From an uncultured Ruminococcus sp. (GTDB lineage: Bacteria; Bacillota; Clostridia; Oscillospirales; CAG-382): 64,000 nucleotides of DNA. Below, piece by piece: positions 29,707 to 38,975 of this stretch. The notes under the pieces were generated by a model that did not search any database, was not told the origin of the DNA, and was given only the letters and a program-made list of their open reading frames with translations. The position numbers and the translations under genes were made by a program. The number at the start of each line of letters is the position of its first letter. The stretch's first letter is position 1. The stretch spans positions 21,722-85,721 of the forward strand of contig CAZJVB010000003.1 of assembly GCA_964549435.1 (NCBI GenBank), in the 5' to 3' direction.

Positions 29707-29749
29707 GCAATAAGAGCGCCGACAGCAGCAGGGCAAAGCCCTTTTTCAT
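29159..29749 (-). CDS. Secreted small-domain + C-terminal dockerin protein (paralogue 1)
   Basis: Signal peptide; GDVNLDDAVDAKDYMMLKR..ADVNMDGTVNAKDYLMLKR. Confidence 0.85.
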   Translation of the reverse strand: MKKGFALLLSALLLLSVMAVTVSAKTEYAELTDEELYQEIDSMLARPRMEGEILFGRSADVSQEELSSALATCGLPNDFSDRAVFLSANEETGAYCLLVSEEQIRDVLFTLHRCEQICLAFPNYIEVIPEPKTGDVNLDDAVDAKDYMMLKRHVLGTYALSERQQLAADVNMDGTVNAKDYLMLKRMVLGSYVPTA

Positions 29750-29952
29750 GAAAAATCCCTTCATATCTTTGTGAATTTATCTGTAAAACAGATGTTTTTT
29801 TCTATTATAATAGAAAAAAATGGAAAATGCAACCTTTTTTCGCAAAGTTCGAATTCTTTTTTATCTTAGCGTCGTCCGCACATACATGTGTATACTTTTC
29901 AACCATTTGTGAAACACTATCGAAAAACCGACGAAAAGGAAGGAAACTGAAT

Positions 29953-32151
29953 ATGGAAAACGAAACAACGCTACACAGCACACAGCAGAAAGCGGAACCG
30001 GAAGCCGGCTACGAGGTTGTCATCCTCGCGGGCGGAATGGGCAGCAGACTGGCACCCATCACAGACGATCTGCCGAAGCCGCTGGTTCCGGTTTGCGGTA
30101 CGCCGGTACTGACGCTTTTAACCGCTGGGCTGCGGGAAAACGGCTGGACAGAAGCACTGATGACCGTTTGTGCATTGCCGGACGCGTTTGACGCCTATCG
30201 CGATCCGAACCTCCGTCTGGAAACCGTCAAGGGGAACGTGCCGCGCGGCAGCGCAGGCTGTGTCCGCGCTGTCAAAGACCGACTGGCGGAAACGTTCTTG
30301 GTGCTTTCCGGCGACACCGTGCTTGATACGGATGCTCGCAAAGCGGTCCGGGAAGCCTTCGACCGTCACCGGAAGGAGCGCCGCCTCGCGACCATCCTGC
30401 TGACACATGCGGACGCCCCCGGCGAATTCGGCATCGTCTCGCTGGACGGCAGCCGGATCATCGGTTTTTCCGAAAAGCCCTCTTGGCGGGACACGTTTTC
30501 CGATCTGATTTCCACCGGTATCTATATTCTTGACCGCTCCCTGCTGGATACCGTGCCGGAGGAGGTCAGCTTCGATTTCGGCCGGGATCTGTTCCCGATG
30601 CTGCTGCGCAAGGGCATCGAGCTTTGCGGCGAAGTGCTTCCCGGACGGTGGTGGGACATCGGAACGCCGGAAAGCTACTACCGCTGCAATATGCAGCTGT
30701 CCGGCGGCGAAACCGTCACAGGGCAGGAATGCATCCTGTCACCGGAAGCAACCGTCCGGCAATGCATCCTGCACCACCGCGTAACGGTCGGAAAAGGGGC
30801 GCACATCGAAGGAAGCATCCTTTGCTCCGGTGTGCAGATCGGGGAAGGCTGCACCGTGCCGCCCGGCTGTGTAATCGGGGAAAACACCGTACTGGAGGAT
30901 GGCGCCTCCCTGAAGCCCGGCGTTCGTCTGAAGGGCGGCATGACGGTCGGAAAGAACGCCGTAGTCGGCGAGCGGTATGTGTTCGGACAATTGACACGCC
31001 GCTGGTTTGGCGACGAGCAGATCAAGGGTGACCGCACCGAGCTGGACAGCGTCTTCTGCCTTCGCCTCGGCAGAGCGCTGAAAACGCCGGGGAAAGCGCT
31101 GAAAATCGGCATTTTGCACGGCGCTTCCGCCGGCAGCCGGCTGTATTCCGAGCTGCTCTCCCGCGGCGTACAGGATGCGGGCGGACAGGTCTGGGAGTTG
31201 GGCGACGGCTTTCCGGCGGTCATTTCGTTTGCTGTACGCCAGTATGCGCTGGATCTGGCTGTGTTCGTGGAATTACAGGAAAGCGTTGGACGGGTGCACT
31301 TCTGGTTCTGCGACCGGAACGGCCTTCCGCTCTCGCGGGAAGCCCAGCGGGAAGTGGAGTCCCGCCTGTCTCGCGAGACGTACGACACCTGCGTCACGCC
31401 GATGCCCGCCATATTTCCCGACCGCGAGGATCGCGTCCTTTGCCGCTATTGCAGCTGGCTGCAGGAGCAGGTCGGATCGCTTTCCGGCGTCCGGTTCTCC
31501 GTCACGCGACGGGACGACGCGGGTGAGTTTCTGTACGCAAACGCGAAGGAACTGGGCGCAGAGGTTTCCTATGGCGATACCACGGACAATTTCACCATTT
31601 CACCGGACGGCTACCGTGCCTGCGCCTATACCCGGAGCGGAAAACCGCTGACCTATTGGCATTTGGTCGCGATCGCAGCGGCAGAAAGCGACGAACGGGT
31701 GGTCTGTCTGCCCGCGCGCGTTCCAAAAACCGTCGAGGAATACCTGCGCAACATGGGCAAGGAGCTGCGGATCTACACGGATACCCGCGATGCCTCGCGC
31801 GACAGCGCACCGCAAAGTCCGTATGTCAATGACGGCGTACTGCTCTGTCTGACGGTCGCCAAGCGGTTACAGCAGCGCGGCGTTGCGTTGGACGAAGCGC
31901 TGTCGTCCCTGCCGACCTTCTTTGTCTGCAAAAAAGAACTGCCGGCCGCCCCTGCCTCCGAGGCTGCCGACCGCCGCGCCGCGCGAATCGCAGCTATCGC
32001 GCAGAAAGGCTCGTTCCCTGCACGCGTCTACTGGCCCTCCGGCTGCGTCACATTTTTCCCCAACGCTGCCGGCGGATACACCATTCTTGCCGAAGCGTCC
32101 GGCTGGGAGGCAGCCGAAGAGCTTTGCTCTGAAGCGGAAAAGCTGCTGTAA
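29953..32151 (+). CDS. NDP-sugar pyrophosphorylase (mannose-1-P guanylyltransferase-like) + hexapeptide repeats + degenerate phosphomutase domain
   Basis: LAGGMGSRLAPITDDLPKPL, FSEKP, WWDIGTP, left-handed beta-helix repeats, PGM/PMM-like C-terminal half. Confidence 0.85.
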   Translation: MENETTLHSTQQKAEPEAGYEVVILAGGMGSRLAPITDDLPKPLVPVCGTPVLTLLTAGLRENGWTEALMTVCALPDAFDAYRDPNLRLETVKGNVPRGSAGCVRAVKDRLAETFLVLSGDTVLDTDARKAVREAFDRHRKERRLATILLTHADAPGEFGIVSLDGSRIIGFSEKPSWRDTFSDLISTGIYILDRSLLDTVPEEVSFDFGRDLFPMLLRKGIELCGEVLPGRWWDIGTPESYYRCNMQLSGGETVTGQECILSPEATVRQCILHHRVTVGKGAHIEGSILCSGVQIGEGCTVPPGCVIGENTVLEDGASLKPGVRLKGGMTVGKNAVVGERYVFGQLTRRWFGDEQIKGDRTELDSVFCLRLGRALKTPGKALKIGILHGASAGSRLYSELLSRGVQDAGGQVWELGDGFPAVISFAVRQYALDLAVFVELQESVGRVHFWFCDRNGLPLSREAQREVESRLSRETYDTCVTPMPAIFPDREDRVLCRYCSWLQEQVGSLSGVRFSVTRRDDAGEFLYANAKELGAEVSYGDTTDNFTISPDGYRACAYTRSGKPLTYWHLVAIAAAESDERVVCLPARVPKTVEEYLRNMGKELRIYTDTRDASRDSAPQSPYVNDGVLLCLTVAKRLQQRGVALDEALSSLPTFFVCKKELPAAPASEAADRRAARIAAIAQKGSFPARVYWPSGCVTFFPNAAGGYTILAEASGWEAAEELCSEAEKLL

Positions 32152-32232
32152 AATCGAAAGGGACAGGCCTTGCCTGTATGCTGCGCCCGCAGCAGAAAAC
32201 AACCGCCGCGAACAAACCTCGCGGCGGTTGTA

Positions 32233-32673
32233 CTATTTTAACATCGACCGGTAAAAAGAAACCGCCAGACGGTCGCATCGTTCGTTGTACGGATGCCCGG
32301 CGTGTCCCTTAATCCAGCGGAGCGTAACCTCATGCCGCTGCAGCTGCACCAGTAAACGTTTCCAAAGATCAAGATTCAGCGCGGGCTTTCCGTCCGCCTT
32401 CTTCCATCCGCGGCGCTGCCAGCTATCCAGCCACTTCTTTTCCACTGCGTCCACCAGATAGCGGGAATCGCTGGTCAGGAGCACGCGGCACGGTTCCTTC
32501 AGCGCCTCCAGTCCGACAATCGCCGCCATCAGCTCCATGCGATTGTTGGTCGTCTCGCGCTCGCCGCCGGAAAGCTCCTTTTCCACCCCGTTGCACACCA
32601 GAATGGCGCCATAGCCGCCCGGTCCCGGATTGCCGCTGCAGGCGCCGTCCGTATAAAGCTGTACGTCCTTCAC
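32233..32673 (-). CDS. rnhA: Ribonuclease HI
   Basis: [37 protein letters not shown]. Confidence 0.96.
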   Translation of the reverse strand: MKDVQLYTDGACSGNPGPGGYGAILVCNGVEKELSGGERETTNNRMELMAAIVGLEALKEPCRVLLTSDSRYLVDAVEKKWLDSWQRRGWKKADGKPALNLDLWKRLLVQLQRHEVTLRWIKGHAGHPYNERCDRLAVSFYRSMLK

Positions 32674-32686
32674 ATCGATCCCCCGG

Positions 32687-33625
32687 TCATGTTGTATTGG
32701 TAAGTTTCTGCATCCGCACATCCTTACCGGCAAACAGCAGGACGCGGAACTCGCCCAGCAGGCGGGAAAGCACACGCTCCCCGTACGCCTTTTCCAGCTG
32801 CGGCTTGTTTAGATTCGTATTGATGATGATCGGCTGTCCGTTGATCAGCCGCGTGTTGAGCAGATTGAAAAATGTCGCTGCCGTATACTGCGATCCACAC
32901 TCCGCGCCGAGGTCGTCGATGATCAGCAGATCGCAGGCTTCGTACCGTTCCGCCTTGCCGGAACTGTCCCGCCCGAAGCGCGCCGCCTCATAGGTATCGA
33001 ACAGTTTCTGCGACGATTCGTACAGCACGCGGTACCCTTTTTGTGCGACCGTCCCGGCAATCGCCGCGGACAGGTGCGTCTTTCCCAGCCCGGTTTTGCC
33101 CATAAAGAGCAAGGACTGCGCATTCCGGTCAAAACCCTGCGCGTACTTTCGGCAAATGGAAAGCACCGCTTCCATGCGCGGTAGATCCTCGCCGCTGTAA
33201 TAACGCAGAGAAAAGGTTTCGAAGGTCTTTTCCAGCAGCCCTTTCCCCAAGCCGGCGGAGGTATATGCCGCTATAGCGATCCGCTTGCGCACGCAGCTGC
33301 AGAGATTTTGCCCTACATACCCGCTGTCCCCGCAGAGCGCACACCGGTACGCCGGCGCGTCCTCGTCCGGACGGTATCCGCCCGCAAGTAAAAGCTCCCT
33401 GCGGCGCTGCTGCAGCGCAAGGTTCTTCGCTTCGATTTTCGAAAGCGTTTCGGTATCGCCGGCGATCGCCGCCGTTACCAAAGCCGGTCCGCAGGCGGCA
33501 AGCTCACGGTCTAATGCCTCCAGTGCGGGGAGCTCCGTATACAGCTTTGCCGTGCGCACAGCCGCTTCCGCTTCCGCTTCGTTCCGTTCCCGGTCCTTTT
33601 CGTGCAGCGCCTCCGTTACGGTCAT
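32687..33625 (-). CDS. DnaC/DnaI-like AAA+ helicase loader
   Basis: CALC..CSC zinc site, [19 protein letters not shown]. Confidence 0.85.
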   Translation of the reverse strand: MTVTEALHEKDRERNEAEAEAAVRTAKLYTELPALEALDRELAACGPALVTAAIAGDTETLSKIEAKNLALQQRRRELLLAGGYRPDEDAPAYRCALCGDSGYVGQNLCSCVRKRIAIAAYTSAGLGKGLLEKTFETFSLRYYSGEDLPRMEAVLSICRKYAQGFDRNAQSLLFMGKTGLGKTHLSAAIAGTVAQKGYRVLYESSQKLFDTYEAARFGRDSSGKAERYEACDLLIIDDLGAECGSQYTAATFFNLLNTRLINGQPIIINTNLNKPQLEKAYGERVLSRLLGEFRVLLFAGKDVRMQKLTNTT

Positions 33626-33646
33626 CTTCCGTCCTCCTGTTATTTC

Positions 33647-34558
33647 TTATTCCTGAAAGCCCGCTTTAAGCGCCGCCTCAAAAAAGGCATCGCCGTCCCC
33701 GTACCCGGCGGCGGACTCTCCGCCGACCGACGACGGCTTTTTGTCCTTCTCCGCAACCTCAGCGGGCGTAGTAAGACCGCTCTCATACCACCGCTTGAGC
33801 ATCGCGTTCATATAAGACAGGCTGACCTTTCCAAGCGTATCCACCGTCTTTTCAAACGCAAGCCGGACAAGATCATCCTGCAATCCCCATTCCCCGAACC
33901 ACCGTTTGAGGATCGTGTCCTCCTTGGCGGTCAGCTCACGGTCCCCGAAGCCGCATAGCCTGCGGACGCGTTCCACACCGGCATCCACCTGCTCCAAATG
34001 CGCCATATGGCGCTCAAACTTCTCGTAGCTGTCAACGCCGTCCTGCTCGTACATAGCAAGCGCGGCTTTCATCAGATACTGCATGGAGCGTTTCCCGCGA
34101 GAAACGCAGTATTCCGCAACGCCGCTGACCATCTCCGGTGGCAGACCGACATAATCACAAAGATACAGCAGTGAGCTATAATCATTTTTGGTCAGCTGCT
34201 TTCCCAGCTTTTCTCCCACAAGGTCGCAGCAAACGCGGAACGTGTCATGCTGCTTTTGGTATGCAACAATGGTTTCCGTGTCATAATTCCGGAACAGCGA
34301 TGTGCTTGCCGGCACCGGCTTTTTGGGACCGGCGTCCTCGTCCGGCTCCACGATGCCCGCGCCGCGCCAGAAGGCGACCGCCGCCTCCGCCTCCGCCGGA
34401 GAAATCCCCAGCTGTGAGGCCATCTCCTTCGCGTCTGCCTGCTTCCACGCATACAGATACAGAAGTACCTTCAATTCTGCGGCAGACGCGCCCTTCAAGC
34501 GGGAAAGCACCTCCCGCGGAAGCAGAATCAGTCCGTCTCCCGGTGTTTTAATGTTCAT
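33647..34558 (-). CDS. DnaD-domain primosomal protein
   Basis: Two DnaD-like repeats; SYMNAMLKRW (YxxxIxxxW-type motif). Confidence 0.8.
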   Translation of the reverse strand: MNIKTPGDGLILLPREVLSRLKGASAAELKVLLYLYAWKQADAKEMASQLGISPAEAEAAVAFWRGAGIVEPDEDAGPKKPVPASTSLFRNYDTETIVAYQKQHDTFRVCCDLVGEKLGKQLTKNDYSSLLYLCDYVGLPPEMVSGVAEYCVSRGKRSMQYLMKAALAMYEQDGVDSYEKFERHMAHLEQVDAGVERVRRLCGFGDRELTAKEDTILKRWFGEWGLQDDLVRLAFEKTVDTLGKVSLSYMNAMLKRWYESGLTTPAEVAEKDKKPSSVGGESAAGYGDGDAFFEAALKAGFQE

Positions 34559-34578
34559 GGAACTCCTCCGGTCTGCCG

Positions 34579-35019
34579 TCAGGATACAATGGTATCCGTC
34601 GGCGTAGCGATCAGCTTCAGGCGATTATGAGAGGTCATCTTCCCACCGATCTCCATGCTGTATTCCACATCGAAACAGCCGCCGGCAACGGAAAGGGAAT
34701 TTTCCATCCGGTGGGTATGGATGCAGAGTTGCACCGGGAAAAAGCCCGTATCATAGATGCAGGCATGCATTTTGCCCGTTTCAAACACCATATGCATATT
34801 GATCGGTCCAATGCGGTTGACCGAAATGATACCGCCGTCCAGCACACTGACTGTGGTCACGGTGCCGTCCATACCGGTCACCTCCGGCTCGCGGTACTCC
34901 AGCTTCAGCCCGTCGCGGGAGCGACGGCAGGTACCGGATGCACGGTAGCCGATTTCTTCCGGCTCGTTCTCCGCCGCATCATAGCGGTAGTTTCTGATTT
35001 CAATCTTCATATTCGTCAT
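34579..35019 (-). CDS. DUF1934 (YwiB-like) protein
   Basis: LEYRE..GMDGTVTT, MVFETGK, YDTGF pattern; adjacent to murI. Confidence 0.7.
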   Translation of the reverse strand: MTNMKIEIRNYRYDAAENEPEEIGYRASGTCRRSRDGLKLEYREPEVTGMDGTVTTVSVLDGGIISVNRIGPINMHMVFETGKMHACIYDTGFFPVQLCIHTHRMENSLSVAGGCFDVEYSMEIGGKMTSHNRLKLIATPTDTIVS

Positions 35020-35061
35020 CGTAAGCAACTTCCTTTCCTGTCATGGGTTGCGGTCTTCCAG

Positions 35062-35871
35062 TCAGAACCGTTCGATTTCCACACGGGACACCGGTCCCGC
35101 CGGAGGCGCACCGAGAAAAATTTCCGCTTCGCGGGCAAATGCGGCGGGATCGTCGCTGGTAAAAAACGCGTCGCCGACCGACTGGTCTGCAGCGGGCAGC
35201 TCCGGCAGCAGACGCGCCATCTCCCGCGCGGACTCCTCTCCCGCAGAGATCTGCACCGGCTCCGGCAGGACGTCGGCGATGACCTCGGACAGCAGCGGAA
35301 AATGCGTACAGCCGAGAATCACGGCGTCCGGACAAAACGGCTTGTACGGCAAAAGATACTCTCCGGCGATCGCCGTAGCTGCAATATCCCCTTTTCGGAT
35401 ATGCATATTCTCAACCAACGGGACAAACAGCGGGCAGGCGGCGGAGCGCACCTCCACCGCAGGATCCAGCGCCCGGATCGCGCGCTCATATGCACCGGAA
35501 GCGATGGTCGCCGCCGTTCCCAAAACCAGCACACGCCCCTTCCCGCCGACTGCATTCGCCAGCGCAACCGCCTTCTTCGCCGCCGGCGCGACCACACCGA
35601 CAAACGGAACGGAAAACTGCTCCTCCAAAAGCTCCAGCGCATTGGAGGAAACCGTTCCGCAGGCGACCAGAATCGCTTGTACCCGGCAGGACAGCAGAAA
35701 CCGGACGTCCTGCATCGCATAACGACAGATCACCTCGCGGGATTTCGTTCCGTAAGGGACGCGCGCATTGTCTCCGAAATAAATCAGCTTCTGCCGCGGT
35801 AATAACCGGCGCAGCGCGCGATACCCGGTCAATCCGCCCAAACCAGAATCAAATATGCCAATCGTTGACAA
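35062..35871 (-). CDS. murI: Glutamate racemase
   Basis: FDSGLGG, PYGTKS, VACGT, LGCTHFP. Confidence 0.95.
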   Translation of the reverse strand: MSTIGIFDSGLGGLTGYRALRRLLPRQKLIYFGDNARVPYGTKSREVICRYAMQDVRFLLSCRVQAILVACGTVSSNALELLEEQFSVPFVGVVAPAAKKAVALANAVGGKGRVLVLGTAATIASGAYERAIRALDPAVEVRSAACPLFVPLVENMHIRKGDIAATAIAGEYLLPYKPFCPDAVILGCTHFPLLSEVIADVLPEPVQISAGEESAREMARLLPELPAADQSVGDAFFTSDDPAAFAREAEIFLGAPPAGPVSRVEIERF

Positions 35872-35930
35872 ACAGCATCAAATCCTTTCGTTGTTTTCCC
35901 TTCCAAAATATATGCGGCATCCCCCGTTTC

Positions 35931-36878
35931 CTACACTTGGATCAGAAGGGCAAGCAGCGGAATGGTGAGCATGCAAAGCAGCGTGGAAAGCAGAATGGTA
36001 TCTGCGGCAGTGCGCCTGCCTCCCGCGGAGGAATCCGGAAGGAAAATCTCCGAAAAGGTCTGCACAACGGATGCGGTCGGACAGCAGCAAAGCAGAAACA
36101 GGGATGCCTTGAAATACGCAGGAACCGGCAGAAACCAAACCGCAGCGAGCGCGAGCAGCGGCATCACCAGCAGCTTTCCGACACAGGCGCGCCATGCATA
36201 CCGGTCGGTAAGGATCTGCCGGAAGGACGTTCCCGCGAGACGCATGCCTAACGCGATCATACAGAGCGGCGTAGACATCCTTCCCGCCAGTGCGATGGTA
36301 TCCGACACCGCCGTCGGCAGCTGTATGCCGAGCAAAAACAGGGGAAATGCGAGATAAAACGCGATCGTCGCAGGATTCAGCAGGATTGCTTTTGCATGGA
36401 TATGCCGCTTTTCTCCGGTCATGAGGAACAGCCCGCACGTCCAAGCCAGCAGGTTCATCGAAAGGGCGAACACCGCGGCAAGCGCAAGCGCTTCCGGCAC
36501 GACCGCCTCCGGCAAAAGCGCCTGCAGCAGCGGAATCCCGATAAAGCCGATGTTGCCGAACACCCCTGCGGCGGCACTGACACTGCGCCGCACCTCCTGC
36601 ATACGGAAGCGCAGGGAAACCGCCATCAGCAGAACCATCAGTAACTGCGCGCCGGTACAAAACAGAAAGAACAGCCCCATCTCCCGCAGCAGCGCGGGCG
36701 TACAGGTTGCCGACTGAAACGCATATACCTCCAAACACGGCTGGCAGAAATAAACCAGCGTCTTGGAAAACGGCGCAATCTGGGTAAGCGTTAGCGTTTT
36801 GGTTTTGACAAACAGGAAGCCGGGGACGGCATACGCCATCAGCAAAAGCACATGCAGTGCCGTAACGGAAAAATTCAA
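35931..36878 (-). CDS. AEC family transporter
   Basis: GNIGFIGIP, PLCMIALG, PTAS; about 10 TM helices. Confidence 0.88.
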   Translation of the reverse strand: MNFSVTALHVLLLMAYAVPGFLFVKTKTLTLTQIAPFSKTLVYFCQPCLEVYAFQSATCTPALLREMGLFFLFCTGAQLLMVLLMAVSLRFRMQEVRRSVSAAAGVFGNIGFIGIPLLQALLPEAVVPEALALAAVFALSMNLLAWTCGLFLMTGEKRHIHAKAILLNPATIAFYLAFPLFLLGIQLPTAVSDTIALAGRMSTPLCMIALGMRLAGTSFRQILTDRYAWRACVGKLLVMPLLALAAVWFLPVPAYFKASLFLLCCCPTASVVQTFSEIFLPDSSAGGRRTAADTILLSTLLCMLTIPLLALLIQV

Positions 36879-37031
36879 AATGACGCTCCAAACTCGTTGA
36901 CATTTTTCAGGAACTCTACTATACTATATTGTATAGCTGTACCGGCAGCACCGGTACAGAACCGGATGGATACGGTCGGATTCTATTTTATCATATGTCC
37001 GCAAAGATTGCAAGAACCGAAGGTGATTTTT

Positions 37032-37937
37032 TTGTCCCGATCGCAAACCGATTTCTGCAAAGCCGCCTCGCCGCGCTCCCTTGTCTACCGCGTTTCCGCC
37101 GTCACACTGGCGGCCAATCTTTTGTTGACCGTATGCAAACTGCTCGCCGCGCTCCTCGGAAAATCCGATGCAATGCTTGCGGACGCCGTTCACTCCGCTT
37201 CCGACGCCTTTACCACAGTTCTGGTGATCATCGGTGCGCACATCTCCTCCCGGCAGGCAGATGAAACTCATCCATATGGACACGAACGGCTGGAATGTGT
37301 GGTTTCCCTAGCCCTTTCTGCCATTCTGTTTGCCGTCGGCGCCGGCATCGGCTGGGAAGGCGTTCATTCCCTGCTGTTTGCCGATGCGGAAAGCGCCGCA
37401 AAGCCTACATCGATCGCCCTGCTTGCCGCCGTGCTTTCCATTCTTGCTAAGGAACTGATGTACCGGTATACGATGCGCGCCGCAAAAAAGGCAAACTCCC
37501 TTTCTCTGCGGGCGGACGCATGGCATCACCGCTCCGACGCTCTGTCCTCGGTCGGCTCGCTGGCAGGCATCGGCGGTGCGATGCTGGGCTTTCCCGGTGC
37601 GGATTCCCTTGCCGCCGCAGGGATTGCCCTGCTGATTCTCGGCGTCGCCTTCAATCTCTGCCGCGATACGCTGGGCAGGCTGGTAGATCACGCCGCACCC
37701 AAGGAAACGGAACGGCAGATCCGCGACCTCGTTCTGTCGGAAAACGGTGTTCTCTCTGTGGATCTGCTCCGCACCCGCTTGTTCGGACCGCGCATTGACG
37801 TAGATCTCGAAATCAGTGCCTGCGGCGACCTGCCGCTGCGCGAATCGCATGCGATCGCGGAACGCGTCCGAAGCGCCGTCTGCGAGGCGTTTCCCGCCGT
37901 CAAAACCTGTACCGTCCATGTCAACCCGTGCGGATAA
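37032..37937 (+). CDS. Cation diffusion facilitator transporter
   Basis: ADAVHSASD, HPYGHERLE, ADAWHHRSD, VHVNP; TTG start after AGGTGA. Confidence 0.92.
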   Translation: MSRSQTDFCKAASPRSLVYRVSAVTLAANLLLTVCKLLAALLGKSDAMLADAVHSASDAFTTVLVIIGAHISSRQADETHPYGHERLECVVSLALSAILFAVGAGIGWEGVHSLLFADAESAAKPTSIALLAAVLSILAKELMYRYTMRAAKKANSLSLRADAWHHRSDALSSVGSLAGIGGAMLGFPGADSLAAAGIALLILGVAFNLCRDTLGRLVDHAAPKETERQIRDLVLSENGVLSVDLLRTRLFGPRIDVDLEISACGDLPLRESHAIAERVRSAVCEAFPAVKTCTVHVNPCG

Positions 37938-37983
37938 TCCCCTTTAAGACGAAAAATCAAAGCGAAAAAAATGCATTTTCCCC

Positions 37984-38012
37984 TTGACAAAACCGCAAAA
38001 CTGTGCTAATAA
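37984..38012 (+). promoter_or_regulatory. Promoter of the rpmH operon
   Basis: TTGACA-17-TAATAA with extended TG. Confidence 0.6.
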
Positions 38013-38100
38013 TAGATATTGGCATGATTTTGCACTGATCCTACGGGGCAATCGATCGCTTGCTCCGGCAGGTTCGGATTCTATATGGAGGTATCAAAGC

Positions 38101-38235
38101 ATGAAACGGACATATCAGCCCAAAAAGAGACACAGAAAGATGGAGCACGGCTTCCGCAAGAGAATGGCGACTGCCAACGGCAGAAAGGTTCTCAAGAGAA
38201 GACGCGCTAAGGGCAGAGTGCAGTTGACCTATTGA
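38101..38235 (+). CDS. rpmH: 50S ribosomal protein L34
   Basis: [22 protein letters not shown]; GGAGG RBS. Confidence 0.98.
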   Translation: MKRTYQPKKRHRKMEHGFRKRMATANGRKVLKRRRAKGRVQLTY

Positions 38236-38278
38236 GACGATTGCGCTTTGACAGGGACCGGCGAGGCGATTGAAATAC

Positions 38279-38632
38279 ATGGAACGGAAGAAATTACATC
38301 CGCTGAAGCAGAATCACCTGTTCGCCCGCGCTTACCGCAAGGGCAGGGCATATGCTTCCTCCGCGATGGTTTTGTATGTCCTTCCGGGACGTGACAGAAG
38401 CCGCACGCTGCTCGGCATCACCGTTTCCAAAAAGCGGGGAACGGCTGTGGCGCGCAACCGCGTGAAGCGCCGCCTCCGCGAAGCGTACCGGTATTACCTG
38501 CCCGACCTGAGAAACGGAAAAATCCTTGTAATCGTCGCAAGGCAGCCCGCAGTCTCTGCAGATTATGCGGTTCTTCGCGAGGAACTGGGGATTTTACTGA
38601 ACAGGGCATCTCTTCTTGAGGCGGCAACATGA
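38279..38632 (+). CDS. rnpA: RNase P protein component
   Basis: GITVSKK..AVARNRVKRRLRE. Confidence 0.95.
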   Translation: MERKKLHPLKQNHLFARAYRKGRAYASSAMVLYVLPGRDRSRTLLGITVSKKRGTAVARNRVKRRLREAYRYYLPDLRNGKILVIVARQPAVSADYAVLREELGILLNRASLLEAAT

Positions 38633-38937
38633 AGCGTTTATTCCGACGCTTCCTCATCGCGCAGGTGCGCTTTTATCAGAAGCATATTTCCCCGGCATTA
38701 CCGTCTTGCTGTCGTTATGTGCCGACGTGTTCCCAATACGCGATCGACGCGATCGAAAAGCGGGGAGCGTTCGTCGGCATTTTTTTGGCTGCAAAACGGC
38801 TTTTGCGTTGCAATCCGTGGGGCGGATTCGGCTATGATCCGGTCCCCGAACGAACGAAAAAAAAGAGGACAGGCAGTCGGGCAGGGAAAAACCTGCCGGC
38901 TCCGCCGCGCTCCGATCACCGTCGGACGCGTCCGTAA
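38629..38937 (+). CDS. yidD: Membrane protein insertion efficiency factor
   Basis: YQKHISP, CRYVPTCSQY, RCNPW..GYDPVP. Confidence 0.95.
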   Translation: MKRLFRRFLIAQVRFYQKHISPALPSCCRYVPTCSQYAIDAIEKRGAFVGIFLAAKRLLRCNPWGGFGYDPVPERTKKKRTGSRAGKNLPAPPRSDHRRTRP

Positions 38938-38975
38938 GCACAATGATCTGCTCCGTTTGAAAGGGACGTCTATTC

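Noticed and set aside
32687-34558. IS21 istB or prophage replication module
   Set aside because: No istA, terminal repeats or phage genes; a DnaD plus loader pair among housekeeping genes is normal in Clostridia.
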